Source: an uncultured Verrucomicrobiota bacterium (GTDB taxonomy: Bacteria > Verrucomicrobiota > Verrucomicrobiia > Palsa-1439). From it: a DNA stretch of 64,000 bases. The notes under the pieces were generated by a model, which searched no databases, was not told where the DNA came from, and saw only the letters and a program-made list of their open reading frames with translations. The DNA is taken from the NCBI GenBank assembly GCA_964533295.1, contig CAZHLM010000001.1, forward strand, positions 112,498 through 176,497, read 5' to 3'. Of this stretch, positions 40,476 to 50,805 are shown one piece after another. Positions within the stretch are counted from its first letter, which is position 1. Each line of letters begins with the position of its first letter. The position numbers and the translations under genes are program-made.

Positions 40476-40700
40476 AGGTCCAGCCCTGAGCTTCGAGCCA
40501 GGAGCCGGCCGGTGACACACATCCGACGCGCTCTCGCTTCTGTAGCCTCTTGTCCATCAACTTCTTGACAGCCCAGGCATTCCGGGTAGCAACCCGGCCC
40601 GATCGAGCCGCTTGCCAACGGCGCCAGTCTTTGCGATCAATCGCGACCGCTCGCTACTGACAGCGGTCGCTGACCGCATTCCGTCATACAAGGGAACCCC

Positions 40701-41663
40701 ATGCGACACACGAAGATAACACTTGCTCTGATGGGCGTGGCCACGCTCATGTGCGCGGCGATATCGGCTGCCTGGCCGGGCCCCGGCATACCGACGCCCG
40801 CCACAACGACAACTCGAACCGCCACGGCAACCTCGACCAGCACCCCAGCCCTGCTGCCCACACCGACCGCCACGCTCACCTCGGCGCCAACCCTTATCCC
40901 GTCTCTGACTCCCGCGCAGTCTCAAGACCTGAATGCCCTGCCGACGCCGGACGCCGGCGCGGAAGCCCGAATGGCTCGTCTGCCGGTACTGATGTACCAC
41001 TACGTCGAGCCCTGGCCGGCGGACGCCGATGAGGCGCGCAAGAACCTGACCGTGCGCCCGGAGGATTTCGCCGCGCAGATGCAGTATTTGGCAGAAAACG
41101 GTTACGCCACCGTCAGCCTGTATGACCTTCTCGATGCGCTGTCGCTGGGGCGGACCCTGCCTGAAAAAGCCGTGGTGCTGACCTTCGACGACGGCTATCG
41201 CGGCCTGATGGAGTACGCTCTGCCGGTCATGCAGCGCTACGGTTTCGCCGGCACGGTCTTCGTCATCACCGAGTTCAGCGATCGCGAGCTGCCGGCGTAC
41301 CTGACCTGGCCTCAGGTCAGGCAACTCTTCGGACTCGGCTGGCGCATCGAGCCCATCACCAAGACCCACACCCCACTGGCGGGCCAGCCTCGCGACAAGC
41401 AGCTCTACGAGATGTTGGGCTCCATAGAAACAATCCAAGCCAATCTCGGCGTGCGCCCGCGCTTCTTCGCCTACCCGATGGGCAAATACGACGAGCTGAC
41501 GCTGCAACTGGCGCGCGAGATGCACCTGTGGGGCGGCGTCACCACCGGTGGGGGCCGCCTCCACGCCTACACTGAGCGTTTCACCTGGACCCGGATGCGC
41601 GTGGACGGCCGGGGCACGCTGAAGGACTTCATCAACGCGGTCGAGGGCGATCTGAGGCGTTAG
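40701..41663 (+). CDS. polysaccharide deacetylase (NodB homology) lipoprotein with Thr/Pro-rich linker
   Basis: LTFDDGYRGLMEYALPVMQRYGFAGTVFV NodB motifs; N-terminal signal plus TTTTRTATATSTSTP linker. Confidence 0.75.
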   Translation: MRHTKITLALMGVATLMCAAISAAWPGPGIPTPATTTTRTATATSTSTPALLPTPTATLTSAPTLIPSLTPAQSQDLNALPTPDAGAEARMARLPVLMYHYVEPWPADADEARKNLTVRPEDFAAQMQYLAENGYATVSLYDLLDALSLGRTLPEKAVVLTFDDGYRGLMEYALPVMQRYGFAGTVFVITEFSDRELPAYLTWPQVRQLFGLGWRIEPITKTHTPLAGQPRDKQLYEMLGSIETIQANLGVRPRFFAYPMGKYDELTLQLAREMHLWGGVTTGGGRLHAYTERFTWTRMRVDGRGTLKDFINAVEGDLRR

Positions 41664-41925
41664 CTGTCAGGACGCTATCTTCAATTCAGTAGTTTGGGCC
41701 GATCCGATTGGAAAGCTGAGCCAACGCTCTATTACCATGCTGGCGTTCTCCGGCCTGATGGCCCGTTTGAGGTGAATTCAGTGGAAGGGTGGATCCTCTT
41801 GCGACATGCGCCGTTAAGCCCGTTCCAACGTGCGCCATTTGGCTCTTTCGGCCTTCATCCCCAACTCCTAAACTGAGGAGAGTTGTTGTTCATCCCTGAC
41901 GCGCGCGTCTCACGGGAGGCGGTTT

Positions 41926-42990
41926 GTGGAATCCCCAACGCCCTTGATCACGCCTGAAGGTGTCCGGCTTGCTCTCTGCCACGTGATTGACCCTGAACTG
42001 GGCCGTGACCTCGTCTCGCTCGACATGATCCGAGACGTGCAGGTTGATGATGGCGCGGTGCGCTTCACCCTACACCTCACCACGCCCGCCTGCCCCATCC
42101 GCGATCAGTTAGTCGCCATGGCCCGCCAAGCCGTCGCCGCGCTGCCCGGCGTCCGCGAGGTCTACGTGAACGTGCAGGCCGAAGTGCCGCGAGGTTTTGG
42201 CCTGCCCCAGCAGCAGCGTATCCCCGGCGTCCGCCAGATCATGGCCGTGGCCTCGGGCAAGGGCGGCGTCGGCAAGTCCACCGTCGCCGTGAACCTGGCT
42301 CTGGCGCTGGCCGAAGCCGGGGCACGCGTCGGCCTGCTGGATGCGGATTTCTTTGGCCCGAACGTGCCCCAGATGCTCGGCAGCACTGGTGGCCCGAGTT
42401 TGCGCAACGGCCATCTGGCGCCGATTGAGGCGCGCGGTCTGCAGGTCATGTCGTTCGCCTACCTGGTGGAGCCGGGCCATCCCGTCATCTGGCGCGGGCC
42501 GCTGCTCATCCAGGCGCTGATGCAGATGCTCTTCGACGTGGATTGGGGCGAGCTCGATTACCCGATCGTGGACCTGCCGCCAGGCACCGGCGATGTGCCC
42601 CTGTCGCTGGTGCAATTCGTCCCACTCGCCGGCGTCGTGGTCGTCACCACGCCGCAGAATGTCGCCATCGCCGACGTCATACGCTGCATCGAGATGTTCC
42701 AGGTGACCGGCGCCCCGGTGCTGGGTGTGGTAGAGAACATGAGTTATCTGCAATGCCCTGACTGCGGCCGGCGGCTGGAGGTCTTCGGGCGCGGCGGCGG
42801 GCGGTGGCTGGCCGAGCAATTCGATGTGCCCCTCCTGACCCAGATTCCGCTCGACCCGGCGATTTGTGAGAACGGCGACCTCGGCCAACCCGCGAGCGGG
42901 CCTGACTCGCCGGTCGCGCAGGCCTTCCGCGAGCTGGCCGGGAAGGTGGCCGCCCAGGTGAGCGTCCGTCATTTCGCGGGCGCGAATTAG
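41926..42990 (+). CDS. apbC: Mrp/NBP35-family Fe-S cluster carrier ATPase with N-terminal DUF59
   Basis: MAVASGKGGVGKSTVAVNLA P-loop, CPDCG motif, DUF59-like N-terminus; GTG start with GGGAGG ribosome-binding site. Confidence 0.8.
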   Translation: MESPTPLITPEGVRLALCHVIDPELGRDLVSLDMIRDVQVDDGAVRFTLHLTTPACPIRDQLVAMARQAVAALPGVREVYVNVQAEVPRGFGLPQQQRIPGVRQIMAVASGKGGVGKSTVAVNLALALAEAGARVGLLDADFFGPNVPQMLGSTGGPSLRNGHLAPIEARGLQVMSFAYLVEPGHPVIWRGPLLIQALMQMLFDVDWGELDYPIVDLPPGTGDVPLSLVQFVPLAGVVVVTTPQNVAIADVIRCIEMFQVTGAPVLGVVENMSYLQCPDCGRRLEVFGRGGGRWLAEQFDVPLLTQIPLDPAICENGDLGQPASGPDSPVAQAFRELAGKVAAQVSVRHFAGAN

Positions 42991-43006
42991 CGTTTGGCGG
43001 AACTCG

Positions 43007-44329
43007 ATGACCACCCCCAGCCTCTTCACCCGCCCACATCGCCTGCTTCTGGCCCGCTTCTTCTCGCAAGGCTTCGTCGCCGCGGCTATCGTCACCATCA
43101 TTGTGGGTGCGGTGCTCACCCAGTTAGAACGCGATAACTATCTTCGGCGCCTGACTGAGTCGGCCCGCGAGCGCGTCGCGCGCCTGGCCACCCACATCGG
43201 CCATCAACTGCGCACGCTGGAGCCCCTCACGCATGCGCTCGACGCGGAGACCGAGGCGGCCACGCCCATTCAGCAGTTGGTATTACAGGAAGCCAGGAAC
43301 AGTGGCCTGTTGCGTCTGGAACTGGCAGACAGCTCCGGTATGATCATCGGCTCGAGCGACCCGGCAGCACTGGGACAACGCCTGGATGCGGCCGAGGCTG
43401 CCGAGGTGCATACTTCCGGCCAGGTGATCAGCCGCATCGTCGGATCGGGGGCGGCGGCCTATCTCCACTTCGCGGCGCCCATCCAGGTCGAAGGCGAGAG
43501 CTACACCGTGATCGTGGACGAGCCGCTGGCCGGGATGGAGGCCCTCGCCCGGGACAGCCTGGTGGCCGTGACGCTGACCCTGTCGATTGGCTTCGCGCTC
43601 ACCTTCGCCGCCCTGGGTTTTATCGTGCGCCGCGCGGGGCTGGACCTGGAGCGCCATCAACAGGAGGAAGCGCGCGTCAAAGCCCTGCTCGGCCGATATG
43701 TTTCTCATCAGGTCGCGCGCCAGATCCTCGCTCAAGGCGGGCTGAAAGTCGGCGGTGAACGGCGCGAGATCACGGTGCTCTTTGCCGACATTCGCGGGTT
43801 CACGGCCTTCGCCGAAAAATTACCCCCGGAGCGCGTCGTGTCGTTGTTGAACGACTACCTGGCGGCGATGACGGAGGCGGTGTTCAAATATGACGGCACG
43901 GTGGATAAATTTCTCGGCGACGGATTGATGGCCATCTTCGGCGCACCGCTCGACCACCCCGACGACGCCGACCGGGCGCTCGCCTGCGCGAAAGAGATGC
44001 AACTCGCCTTCAAACGTCTCTGTGCGGAATGGCGCCAAAAGGGCCTGCCCGACCTTGGCCTCGGCATCGGGATCAACACCGGCGAAGCCGTCGTCGGCAG
44101 CATCGGCTCCAGCAAACGGCTGGACTATACGGCGATCGGCGATGCCGTCAACACGGCGCACCGCCTGCAGAGCATTGCCCTCGGCGGGCAGGTTCTCCTC
44201 AGCGCGGCAACCCGCGCGCGGGTGGGCGGCGCACTGCTCGAATCGCTGGGGCCAACACAGGTGAAGGGCAGACGCCAGGCTGTCGAAGTGTTCCGCCTCG
44301 TATTCGCCCAACCTCACAGCAGCGCCTGA
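43007..44329 (+). CDS. membrane-anchored class III adenylate/guanylate cyclase
   Basis: two TM helices plus periplasmic region; ITVLFADIRGFT, FLGDGLMAIFGAP, GINTGEAVVGSIG. Confidence 0.8.
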   Translation: MTTPSLFTRPHRLLLARFFSQGFVAAAIVTIIVGAVLTQLERDNYLRRLTESARERVARLATHIGHQLRTLEPLTHALDAETEAATPIQQLVLQEARNSGLLRLELADSSGMIIGSSDPAALGQRLDAAEAAEVHTSGQVISRIVGSGAAAYLHFAAPIQVEGESYTVIVDEPLAGMEALARDSLVAVTLTLSIGFALTFAALGFIVRRAGLDLERHQQEEARVKALLGRYVSHQVARQILAQGGLKVGGERREITVLFADIRGFTAFAEKLPPERVVSLLNDYLAAMTEAVFKYDGTVDKFLGDGLMAIFGAPLDHPDDADRALACAKEMQLAFKRLCAEWRQKGLPDLGLGIGINTGEAVVGSIGSSKRLDYTAIGDAVNTAHRLQSIALGGQVLLSAATRARVGGALLESLGPTQVKGRRQAVEVFRLVFAQPHSSA

Positions 44330-44470
44330 CGAACCGCCGCTCTCCTGTTCGAAATCAGCCGCGCGCCATTTCGCCTGTGCCCGAACACGCCGCTTGGCGC
44401 TTGAAGTCCGCCCCCCCGCGCCCTACGATACAGAGGGGTAGCCCCATCGTCATGGACGGAGGGCTGACCA

Positions 44471-44685
44471 TGCTCGCCAGGCTGAAATCGCTACGGAAAA
44501 TCCAACGCGCAGACCGCTGTCCGGTCTGCGGTGAGTTCATCCCCGGCGCGGGTGTGGAACGCTACGGGAAACGCTTCTGCCGGACGTGGCACGCTGACTT
44601 CTATCGCCCGCCTCCGCCGTGGTGGCGGCGCTTGCGCTGGCCCGACGACGCCGGCGGGGGTGGCGGCGGAGGCTGCTGCGGCTAG
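44471..44685 (+). CDS. small Cys/Gly-rich protein with YHS/TRASH-like CxxC ... C ... H arrangement
   Basis: CPVCGEFIPGAGVERYGKRFCRTWHADFY then a GGGGGGGCCG tail; weak. Confidence 0.3.
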
Positions 44686-44706
44686 CCCGCGGCCGGCGGA
44701 CCCGCG

Positions 44707-45408
44707 ATGGCCCTCTCGGTGCTCATCCTCGGCCCGACCCTGCTGTGTGAGGGCCTGCGCGCGCTCCTCGCCCAGGAGGAAGACCTGGCGGTGGGCATCG
44801 GGGTGGGCCATGATTTTGGGGATCGACCCCCGCCGGATGTGGTCGTCCTCTGCGCCGAGGCACCGGAGACCGTGCGCGACCTGCGCGCGCACTGGCCGCA
44901 GACCAGGCTGCTCGTCGTCGCCGACCTCTCGCCCTCAACCGCCGGCCGGTTGATGGACCTGGGTGTATTGGGCCTGTATCCGCTGATGACCGGACCGGAC
45001 GAATTGATCTGGGCGATCCGCCAGGTTGCGCAGGGCCGGCTCACCCTGCACCCGGCCGTGCTGCGCGCGATCGTGGCCCACCTGGCCAAGACCGAGCACG
45101 CCCCACCCCCACCGCCTCTTCCCCTGACAGCCCGCGAGCGCGACGTGCTGCGCTGCCTGGCGCAGGGCGCCAGCGACAAGGACATCGCCCAGCAGCTATA
45201 CCTCAGCGTCCGGACGGTCCAATCGCACCTGACCCACCTGTATTACAAGCTGGGCGTGCATTCGCGCACGGCCGCTGCCCTGGTCGCCCTCCGCGCCGGG
45301 TGGTTTGCGCAGGAAGCCGCCGGCGGCCCAGACGAATTGCGTAGTTCTACTGAGACGGCTCACGCCGCTCGGCGCTTGTCGCCGTCCGGCCCAGATGATA
45401 CCTTGTGA
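44707..45408 (+). CDS. LuxR-family transcriptional regulator with atypical receiver-like N-domain
   Basis: C-terminal LTARERDVLRCLAQGASDKDIAQQLYLSVRTVQSHL HTH; N-terminal domain lacks the canonical acidic pocket. Confidence 0.7.
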   Translation: MALSVLILGPTLLCEGLRALLAQEEDLAVGIGVGHDFGDRPPPDVVVLCAEAPETVRDLRAHWPQTRLLVVADLSPSTAGRLMDLGVLGLYPLMTGPDELIWAIRQVAQGRLTLHPAVLRAIVAHLAKTEHAPPPPPLPLTARERDVLRCLAQGASDKDIAQQLYLSVRTVQSHLTHLYYKLGVHSRTAAALVALRAGWFAQEAAGGPDELRSSTETAHAARRLSPSGPDDTL

Positions 45409-45515
45409 TCGAAAGTGACCTCTGACCTGCCGGACAGGTTCCGGACGTGCATATCCTTTCCTCACAGGCGCCTGTGGTTTTCTGGAAGCGGATGGGTTCA
45501 TGGAAAGGAGGCCGC

Positions 45516-45852
45516 TGTGTTTTGGATCACAGGTATTCTGGGCCTGGCGCTCGTCCTGGCGCCCTTCCTAATGGGCTTCGCCGAGCACGGCATCGCGCTG
45601 TGGACGAGCCTCGTGCTCGGCGTCATCGCCTTAGCCGTGTCCAGCATTGGCCTGGTCTCGAAGGCGCTGGACAAGCGCCGGGAGTACTGGGCGCTCGGTC
45701 TGGCCGGGCTGGCGGCATTCATCGCGCCGTTCGTGTTCGGCTACGCCAGGCATGTGCAGGCTTTGTGGGCGGGGCTATTCATGGGTGCCGCCCTCGTGCT
45801 GGCCAGCCTCTGGGCCTCTCAGGCGCCATCGGAAATATCCTCGCACCACTAG
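45516..45852 (+). CDS. SPW-repeat-like small membrane protein
   Basis: two repeats of a TM pair with LAPFLMGF / IAPFVFGY; GTG start 8 nt after AAAGGAGG. Confidence 0.4.
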
Positions 45853-45975
45853 CGCCCCGTCCCGGTGAAGCGGATGAGCTTGCCCGCCTGGCGCGCCGTT
45901 GGCGGGCTGGCCGGCTTGCCCTCTCAATCACGTCCTGACGGGGTACCAGCCGAGCGGCTGCCCGGCGCGAGCCTC

Positions 45976-46599
45976 ATGAGACTTGCAATGACCAGGAGCC
46001 GGGTAGCCGTGTTGGGGACGTTGTCCGATCTGCACCAGCAATCCATCGCCTATGACCTGCGAATGCTGGCCCGGTTGGTCAGGCGGATCCAGCCGGACTT
46101 GCTGTGCGCTGAGATCGGGCGTGACCACTGGGAGACGAGCGACCTGGCCCGGATGCCGGTGGAGTACCGCGAGGCCCTCATCCCGGTCTGCAAGCGCAGC
46201 GACATCGTGCTCGTCCCGGTGGCCGGTGGCGAGGCCGAGGCATTCGTCGCTCGGCGCGGCGGGCGTTGGCGCGCTCTCCGCTCGGCCCTCGTCGGCCTGC
46301 TCAACTGGCAATTGCGGCTGATGCAGCGGCTGGCCGGCACTCCCGAGGCCATCAACTCCGGGGCGTTCGGCAGGCTCTGCACCCGGATGTGCGGCTGGAT
46401 CGCCTGGGCCTGCGGGCCGGAGGCCCAACGGGCGTGGGCAACGGCCAACGACCAGATTCTGCAAAACGTCCTGGCCGCTGTGCGGCGCGACCCCGGCCGC
46501 CGGGTGCTGGTGACCGTGGACTGCCGCCGCCGGCACCTGCTCGACCGCCGGCTGCGTGCGTTTGCCGAACTTGAAGTCGTCGCGTTTTATCAGCTGTGA
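45976..46599 (+). CDS. hypothetical protein (weak TraB/GumN-like pattern)
   Basis: RVAVLGTLSDLHQQS ... PDLLCAEIGRD and C-terminal RRVLVTVDCRRRHL; start uncertain. Confidence 0.3.
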   Translation: MRLAMTRSRVAVLGTLSDLHQQSIAYDLRMLARLVRRIQPDLLCAEIGRDHWETSDLARMPVEYREALIPVCKRSDIVLVPVAGGEAEAFVARRGGRWRALRSALVGLLNWQLRLMQRLAGTPEAINSGAFGRLCTRMCGWIAWACGPEAQRAWATANDQILQNVLAAVRRDPGRRVLVTVDCRRRHLLDRRLRAFAELEVVAFYQL

Positions 46600-46614
46600 A
46601 AGGAGGTGAGGAAC

Positions 46615-46812
46615 ATGAATTGCTATACATGCGCCAAAGAAGACAAGACTACCGAGGCGGTCGCCGTGTGTGCGGTATGCGGAATGGCCCTGTGCCTGGA
46701 CCATGTGCATGAGCGCGAAGTGCCGATGGTGCAGCGCACTTCCGGCTGGGCGAGCACAACCGCGATGCACATCCTGTGCGAGCGGTGCGCGAAGCTGGCG
46801 GTCAGCGCCTGA
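46615..46812 (+). CDS. DUF2180-like zinc-ribbon protein
   Basis: MNCYTCAKEDK ... AVCAVCGMALCLDH ... ILCERC; AAGGAGG ribosome-binding site. Confidence 0.45.
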   Translation: MNCYTCAKEDKTTEAVAVCAVCGMALCLDHVHEREVPMVQRTSGWASTTAMHILCERCAKLAVSA

Positions 46813-46898
46813 CGCTCCGGCCGGCCACAGCGGTTAACTGCGCGCCGGGCATGCAGTCTTCCACGCGGCGCCCGGCGCCAATCGAAAGGAGATTGGTT

Positions 46899-47201
46899 AT
46901 GAGACTCCTATCCTTCTGGCCCGTGGCCTGGACGCTGGCGATCTTCGCCGCCGTCGTCTTCACGCTCGATATGCTGCTCGGCGTGCTGTTCCCGAACTGG
47001 TGGGTGATGCAGAAAGCCTGGGAGCTGGTGCTGCCTGGCTTCACCTTCATCAGTTGGGGTGCTTTCTTCCTCGGCCTGGTGGAGAGTTTCATCGGCGGGT
47101 TCCTGACGGCTGTCGGGCTCGTCCTGATCTACAACTTCTTCGCCAGCCGCGAGGCGGCCAAGGCAGCGCCGACGATGACGCCGGCTGGCGAGCATCACTG
47201 A
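46899..47201 (+). CDS. small membrane protein, hypothetical
   Basis: 100 aa, three TM helices. Confidence 0.35.
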   Translation: MRLLSFWPVAWTLAIFAAVVFTLDMLLGVLFPNWWVMQKAWELVLPGFTFISWGAFFLGLVESFIGGFLTAVGLVLIYNFFASREAAKAAPTMTPAGEHH

Positions 47202-47280
47202 ACAGCTCCGCGACAATTGCATAACCCATCTCTGGCGAGTCCGGCATAGCCGGGCTCGCGCTGTTCATTTGGTTGAGGCG

Positions 47281-47973
47281 ATGATTCCTCTGCTGTATGC
47301 ACTCATCACGTCGGCGGCCACACTGGCCGGCGGCGCGCTCCCCATGTATACCCGCCTGCGGCTCGTCGAACAGCGTTACATGGTCGCCTTCGCGGGCGGG
47401 GCGATGGTCGCCATCGCGCTGTTTGACCTGATCCCGGAGATGAAGGCTCACAACGCCGTGGCGCTCATGCTCGGTTTTTTCGCGATCTACCTGCTCGAGA
47501 AACTCGTAATGATCCACGCCTGCGGCGAGGCCGAATGTGAAACGCACGCGATGGGCTGGCCGGCGCTGATCGGCATCGCCACCGAAAGCCTGATAGACGG
47601 GTTGGCGATTGCAGTGGGCTTCGGGGTCGCCCCCTCACTGGGCCTGCTGATCGCTCTGGCAGTATTGGCGCACGAGTTGCCGCGCGGGCTGACGACGACC
47701 GTCATCATGCAGGAGGCAGGCTACAGCCGCCCTCGTGTTTGGGCAGCCCTGCTGGTGGACGCCGGCTTTGCACCGTTGGGCGTGCTGCTCTCCGGCCTGA
47801 TCCCGCCCTCGGTCTTCGAGCCGCTGATCGGCTTCACGGCGGGCGTGTTCCTGTACGTCGGCGCGAGCGACCTGCTGCCGGAGGCCCATCGGCGCTTTAA
47901 TCTCCGCGTAGTACTCGCGACCCTGGCCGGAGGCGGACTCATTCCGGTGCTGGGCAGCGTGCTGGGCCGGTGA
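47281..47973 (+). CDS. ZIP-family divalent metal transporter
   Basis: eight TM helices, LAHELPRGL and His-rich loop (HACGEAECETHAMG); ZupT-like. Confidence 0.7.
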   Translation: MIPLLYALITSAATLAGGALPMYTRLRLVEQRYMVAFAGGAMVAIALFDLIPEMKAHNAVALMLGFFAIYLLEKLVMIHACGEAECETHAMGWPALIGIATESLIDGLAIAVGFGVAPSLGLLIALAVLAHELPRGLTTTVIMQEAGYSRPRVWAALLVDAGFAPLGVLLSGLIPPSVFEPLIGFTAGVFLYVGASDLLPEAHRRFNLRVVLATLAGGGLIPVLGSVLGR

Positions 47974-48155
47974 GGAAAACGTGATGACCTATCTGAATGA
48001 GAACTCCCCAACCCAGGTATCGCGATGACTCACCTGCGCCGTATTCGTTTCCCGTTCATGCCCCTCACCCCGCCACGCCCCGGTGAACGGCTCGTCATCG
48101 ACCTAGAGAAACTGATCAAGGGCGTCCTGTTCCAATGCAGCACGTGCGGCAGCAA

Positions 48156-49470
48156 TCAGAACTGCCCGCCCAACAGCCGAAAGATCAGCAGGCCATTGAG
48201 AAGCAGGATCAGGCCAATGACGACAATGGCAAGCGCCGTGGTTTTGCGGCTGTTGACAAAGCCGCCCATCAATCGGCGGTCGGCGGTGAATATCAACAAC
48301 GGGACAGTCGCAAAAGGTAATTGAAAACTCAGGCTGGCCTGGCTGAGCACGAGGATGTTGAGCGGGTCTAGCCGGAAGGCTACGGCCCAGCACCGCCGGG
48401 ATCATGACCAGCAGCCGATAGATCAAGCGGCGCAGCCAAGGCCTCACCTGCACATGCAGGAAACCTTCCATCACGACCTGACCAGCCAGGGTAGCCGTTG
48501 TCGAGGAGGCGATGCCAGAGGCCAGCAACGCAATCGCAAAGGCAAATCCGGCCATCGTGCCCAGCAAGGGCACGAGCGTCTGGTACGCCTGCTCGAGGGA
48601 AGTCACCTGCAAGCCGTTGCGATAGAAGACCGCCGCGGCCATCACCAGGATCGCCCCGTTGACGAAGAAAGCGCCGTTGGGCGCGATGGCCGAATCGAGC
48701 ACGGCCAATCGGAAAACATTCCGCTTACGTGCGGGCGGGTCTTCCGGCTGCACACGTGAGTGGATCAAACGCGAATGCAGATAGAGGTTATGGGGCATCA
48801 CCGTGGCCCCCAGCATGCCGATGGCCACGTAAATGCTGTCCGAGTTGAGGCGCGGCACCACGGTGCTGTAAGCCAGCGCTCCCCACTCCGGCCGGGACAA
48901 CCAGATTTCTATCACATGAGCCACGCTCACGACCGCAATCAGGCTGAGGATGGCGTATTCCACCTTGCGAAAGCCATAGCGCTGGAGCCCCAGGATCAGA
49001 AATACGTCCAGGCCGGTGATCAGCGTGGCGGTGAGCAGGGGCAGTTTGAAGAGCAGGCTCAAGCCAATCGCCGATCCCAGGAACTCAGCCAGGTCGGTGG
49101 CCATCATGGCGATTTCCGCCGTGAGCCACAGGAAAATCGCCACTGGTTGAGGGAAGCGCTCGCGGCAGAGTTGGGCCAGGTCTTTGCCGGTGGCGATACC
49201 CAATTTCGCCGAGAGGCTCTGCAACAGGATCGCCACCAGATTGCTCAGCAGGAGCACCCAGAGCAGGCTGTAGCTGAAGCGTGCGCCGCCCTCCAAATCC
49301 GTAGCCCAGTTGCCGGGATCCATGTAACCCACGCTGACAATAAAGGCCGGCCCAGAAATGCTAGAATGCGGCGCAGGGTCCGGCCCGCCCCCTCGCGCCG
49401 AATGGCGCCAGCCAAGTCGGTCCAGCCGGGGATCAAGCGCGGCACCCGAGCGAGGGACCCCAATGACCAT
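48156..49470 (-). pseudogene. mntH: NRAMP-family Mn/Fe transporter with a frameshift near the 3' end
   Basis: GYMDPGNWATDLEGG signature; the conserved C-terminus VLSQASLSFQLPFATVPLLIFT is in a different frame (ORF 48156-48350) from the main ORF; shift near 48360-48380. Confidence 0.7.
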
Positions 49471-49756
49471 TCCCCTGGCGCTGCTCGATCAGCGACGATG
49501 CTGCTGGAGACCAGGGCGGTTTTCTGTGATGAGTTCGGCATTTTATTTCCGATAATCAAATTTATCATTTAGTTGTGCCTAAATTAACGGCTTGCCGCGA
49601 ACTCGTCAATACGCCATTCCGCGTGCTCGACGCGGCCCGGTCGCCTGCAACAGCGGCGGGTAGATCAACACGCCATTGTGCCTGTTTGAAAACCGGCTAA
49701 ACGGCGCTAACGCTATCAGGCTGTGCGGCTTACCATGGTAAGCGATTGGATCGGCT

Positions 49757-50170
49757 ATGCCCATCAGCCTGACGAAACTCAACTGTCCCAACTGCGGCGC
49801 GCCGCTGGAGTGGGACGGGACGTACGGCAAGCCCATCACCTGCCCGTACTGCGGCGCGCAGTTCATGCCCGGCCCGACCGAGGTGGACGATCTCTGGCTG
49901 TTCACCGACCCCGTGGCCCGCGCGCGCTTTGAGTACAACGGCACGCTGGACAAACTCGAGCACGACATCCGCTACGAAGTGCTGCGCGGCGGGACGTGGA
50001 GCGACCGCGACCGCGAATGCAAACACGAACTCGACCGGCTGGAACGCGACGGCATCATCCGCAAGCTGGCTTCCTTCTGGGCGCTCTCCCCTTTCCCGCC
50101 CATCTATCGCGCCCGGCAGGAGGGCGAACTGACCCTCGGCGGACACCGCTTCCCCTTTCGCAAAGGGTAG
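49757..50170 (+). CDS. uncharacterised family, paralog 1: N-terminal zinc ribbon plus conserved core (WLFTDPVAR ... DIRYEVLRGG ... SPFPPIYRARQEGELTLGG)
   Basis: CPNCG ... CPYCG ribbon; core shared with the two downstream paralogs; ends with TAG. Confidence 0.5.
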   Translation: MPISLTKLNCPNCGAPLEWDGTYGKPITCPYCGAQFMPGPTEVDDLWLFTDPVARARFEYNGTLDKLEHDIRYEVLRGGTWSDRDRECKHELDRLERDGIIRKLASFWALSPFPPIYRARQEGELTLGGHRFPFRKG

Positions 50171-50323
50171 GAGCTCGTCTGGGCCTGCCCGATGACGCGC
50201 GACCGCTTCGAACTCGACGATCCCATCCTCATCGGCGATTTCGCCTCCGAGCGCGTGCAGCGCCTGTGCGGCGAGATGGCCGACGCGATGATGGGCCGGA
50301 TGAAAGGTATGGAGGTCTGACCG

Positions 50324-50805
50324 ATGTCCGATCTGCTCAAAGCACTGTTCGGCATCCCCAATATGTTTCGCGTACTGACACCACCCCTGACGGCCCCGAC
50401 CCTGACCCGAACGACGTCTGGGCATTCACCGACCCGGACGCTCGCGATGAGTACACCCGCCAGGGTCGATTGAAGCGCCTCGAACGCGACATCCACTACG
50501 AGGTCATGCGCGGCGGCCCCTGGCAGCCCGAGGAGCTGGAGTACAAGTCTGAGATCCGCCAGTTGCTGCGCGAAGGCGCCATCGCCGACAAGGGCACCTA
50601 CTGGTTCCGCAGCCCGCACCCCACGATCTACCGCGCCCAGCGCGAGGGCGTGCTCTCGGTGGCCGGGAGAATCTATTGCTTCGGCGTGGGCGACGACCTG
50701 GTCTTTCAATGCCGCATGGAACGCGATGAGGCCGTGGATAACCCAGGCGCCATGTTGTGCGGCAATTGGTCTGATGCAATGAGGGACGTGCGCCGGCGAA
50801 TGTAG
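50324..50805 (+). pseudogene. uncharacterised family, paralog 2; N-terminal frame does not match core frame (frameshift or non-ATG start)
   Basis: ATG at 50324 gives MSDLLKALF (resembles paralog 3 MYDVLRSQL) in frame 2, but the conserved core VWAFTDPDAR ... DIHYEVMRGG ... SPHPTIYRAQREGVLSVAG is in frame 1, which has no ATG after 50170. Confidence 0.4.

Noticed and set aside
41664-41925. Possible small RNA or riboswitch in the lower-GC region upstream of apbC
   Set aside because: No recognisable riboswitch consensus or terminator structure could be identified by eye. Only the GCGCCATTTGGC motif copy stands out, and that is reported separately.
49996-50805. 269-aa ORF covering paralog 1 in another frame
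   Set aside because: Only the 3' portion (from about 50324) carries the conserved family core. The 5' part overlaps the well-supported paralog 1 in a different frame and translates to Arg/Pro-rich low-complexity sequence.
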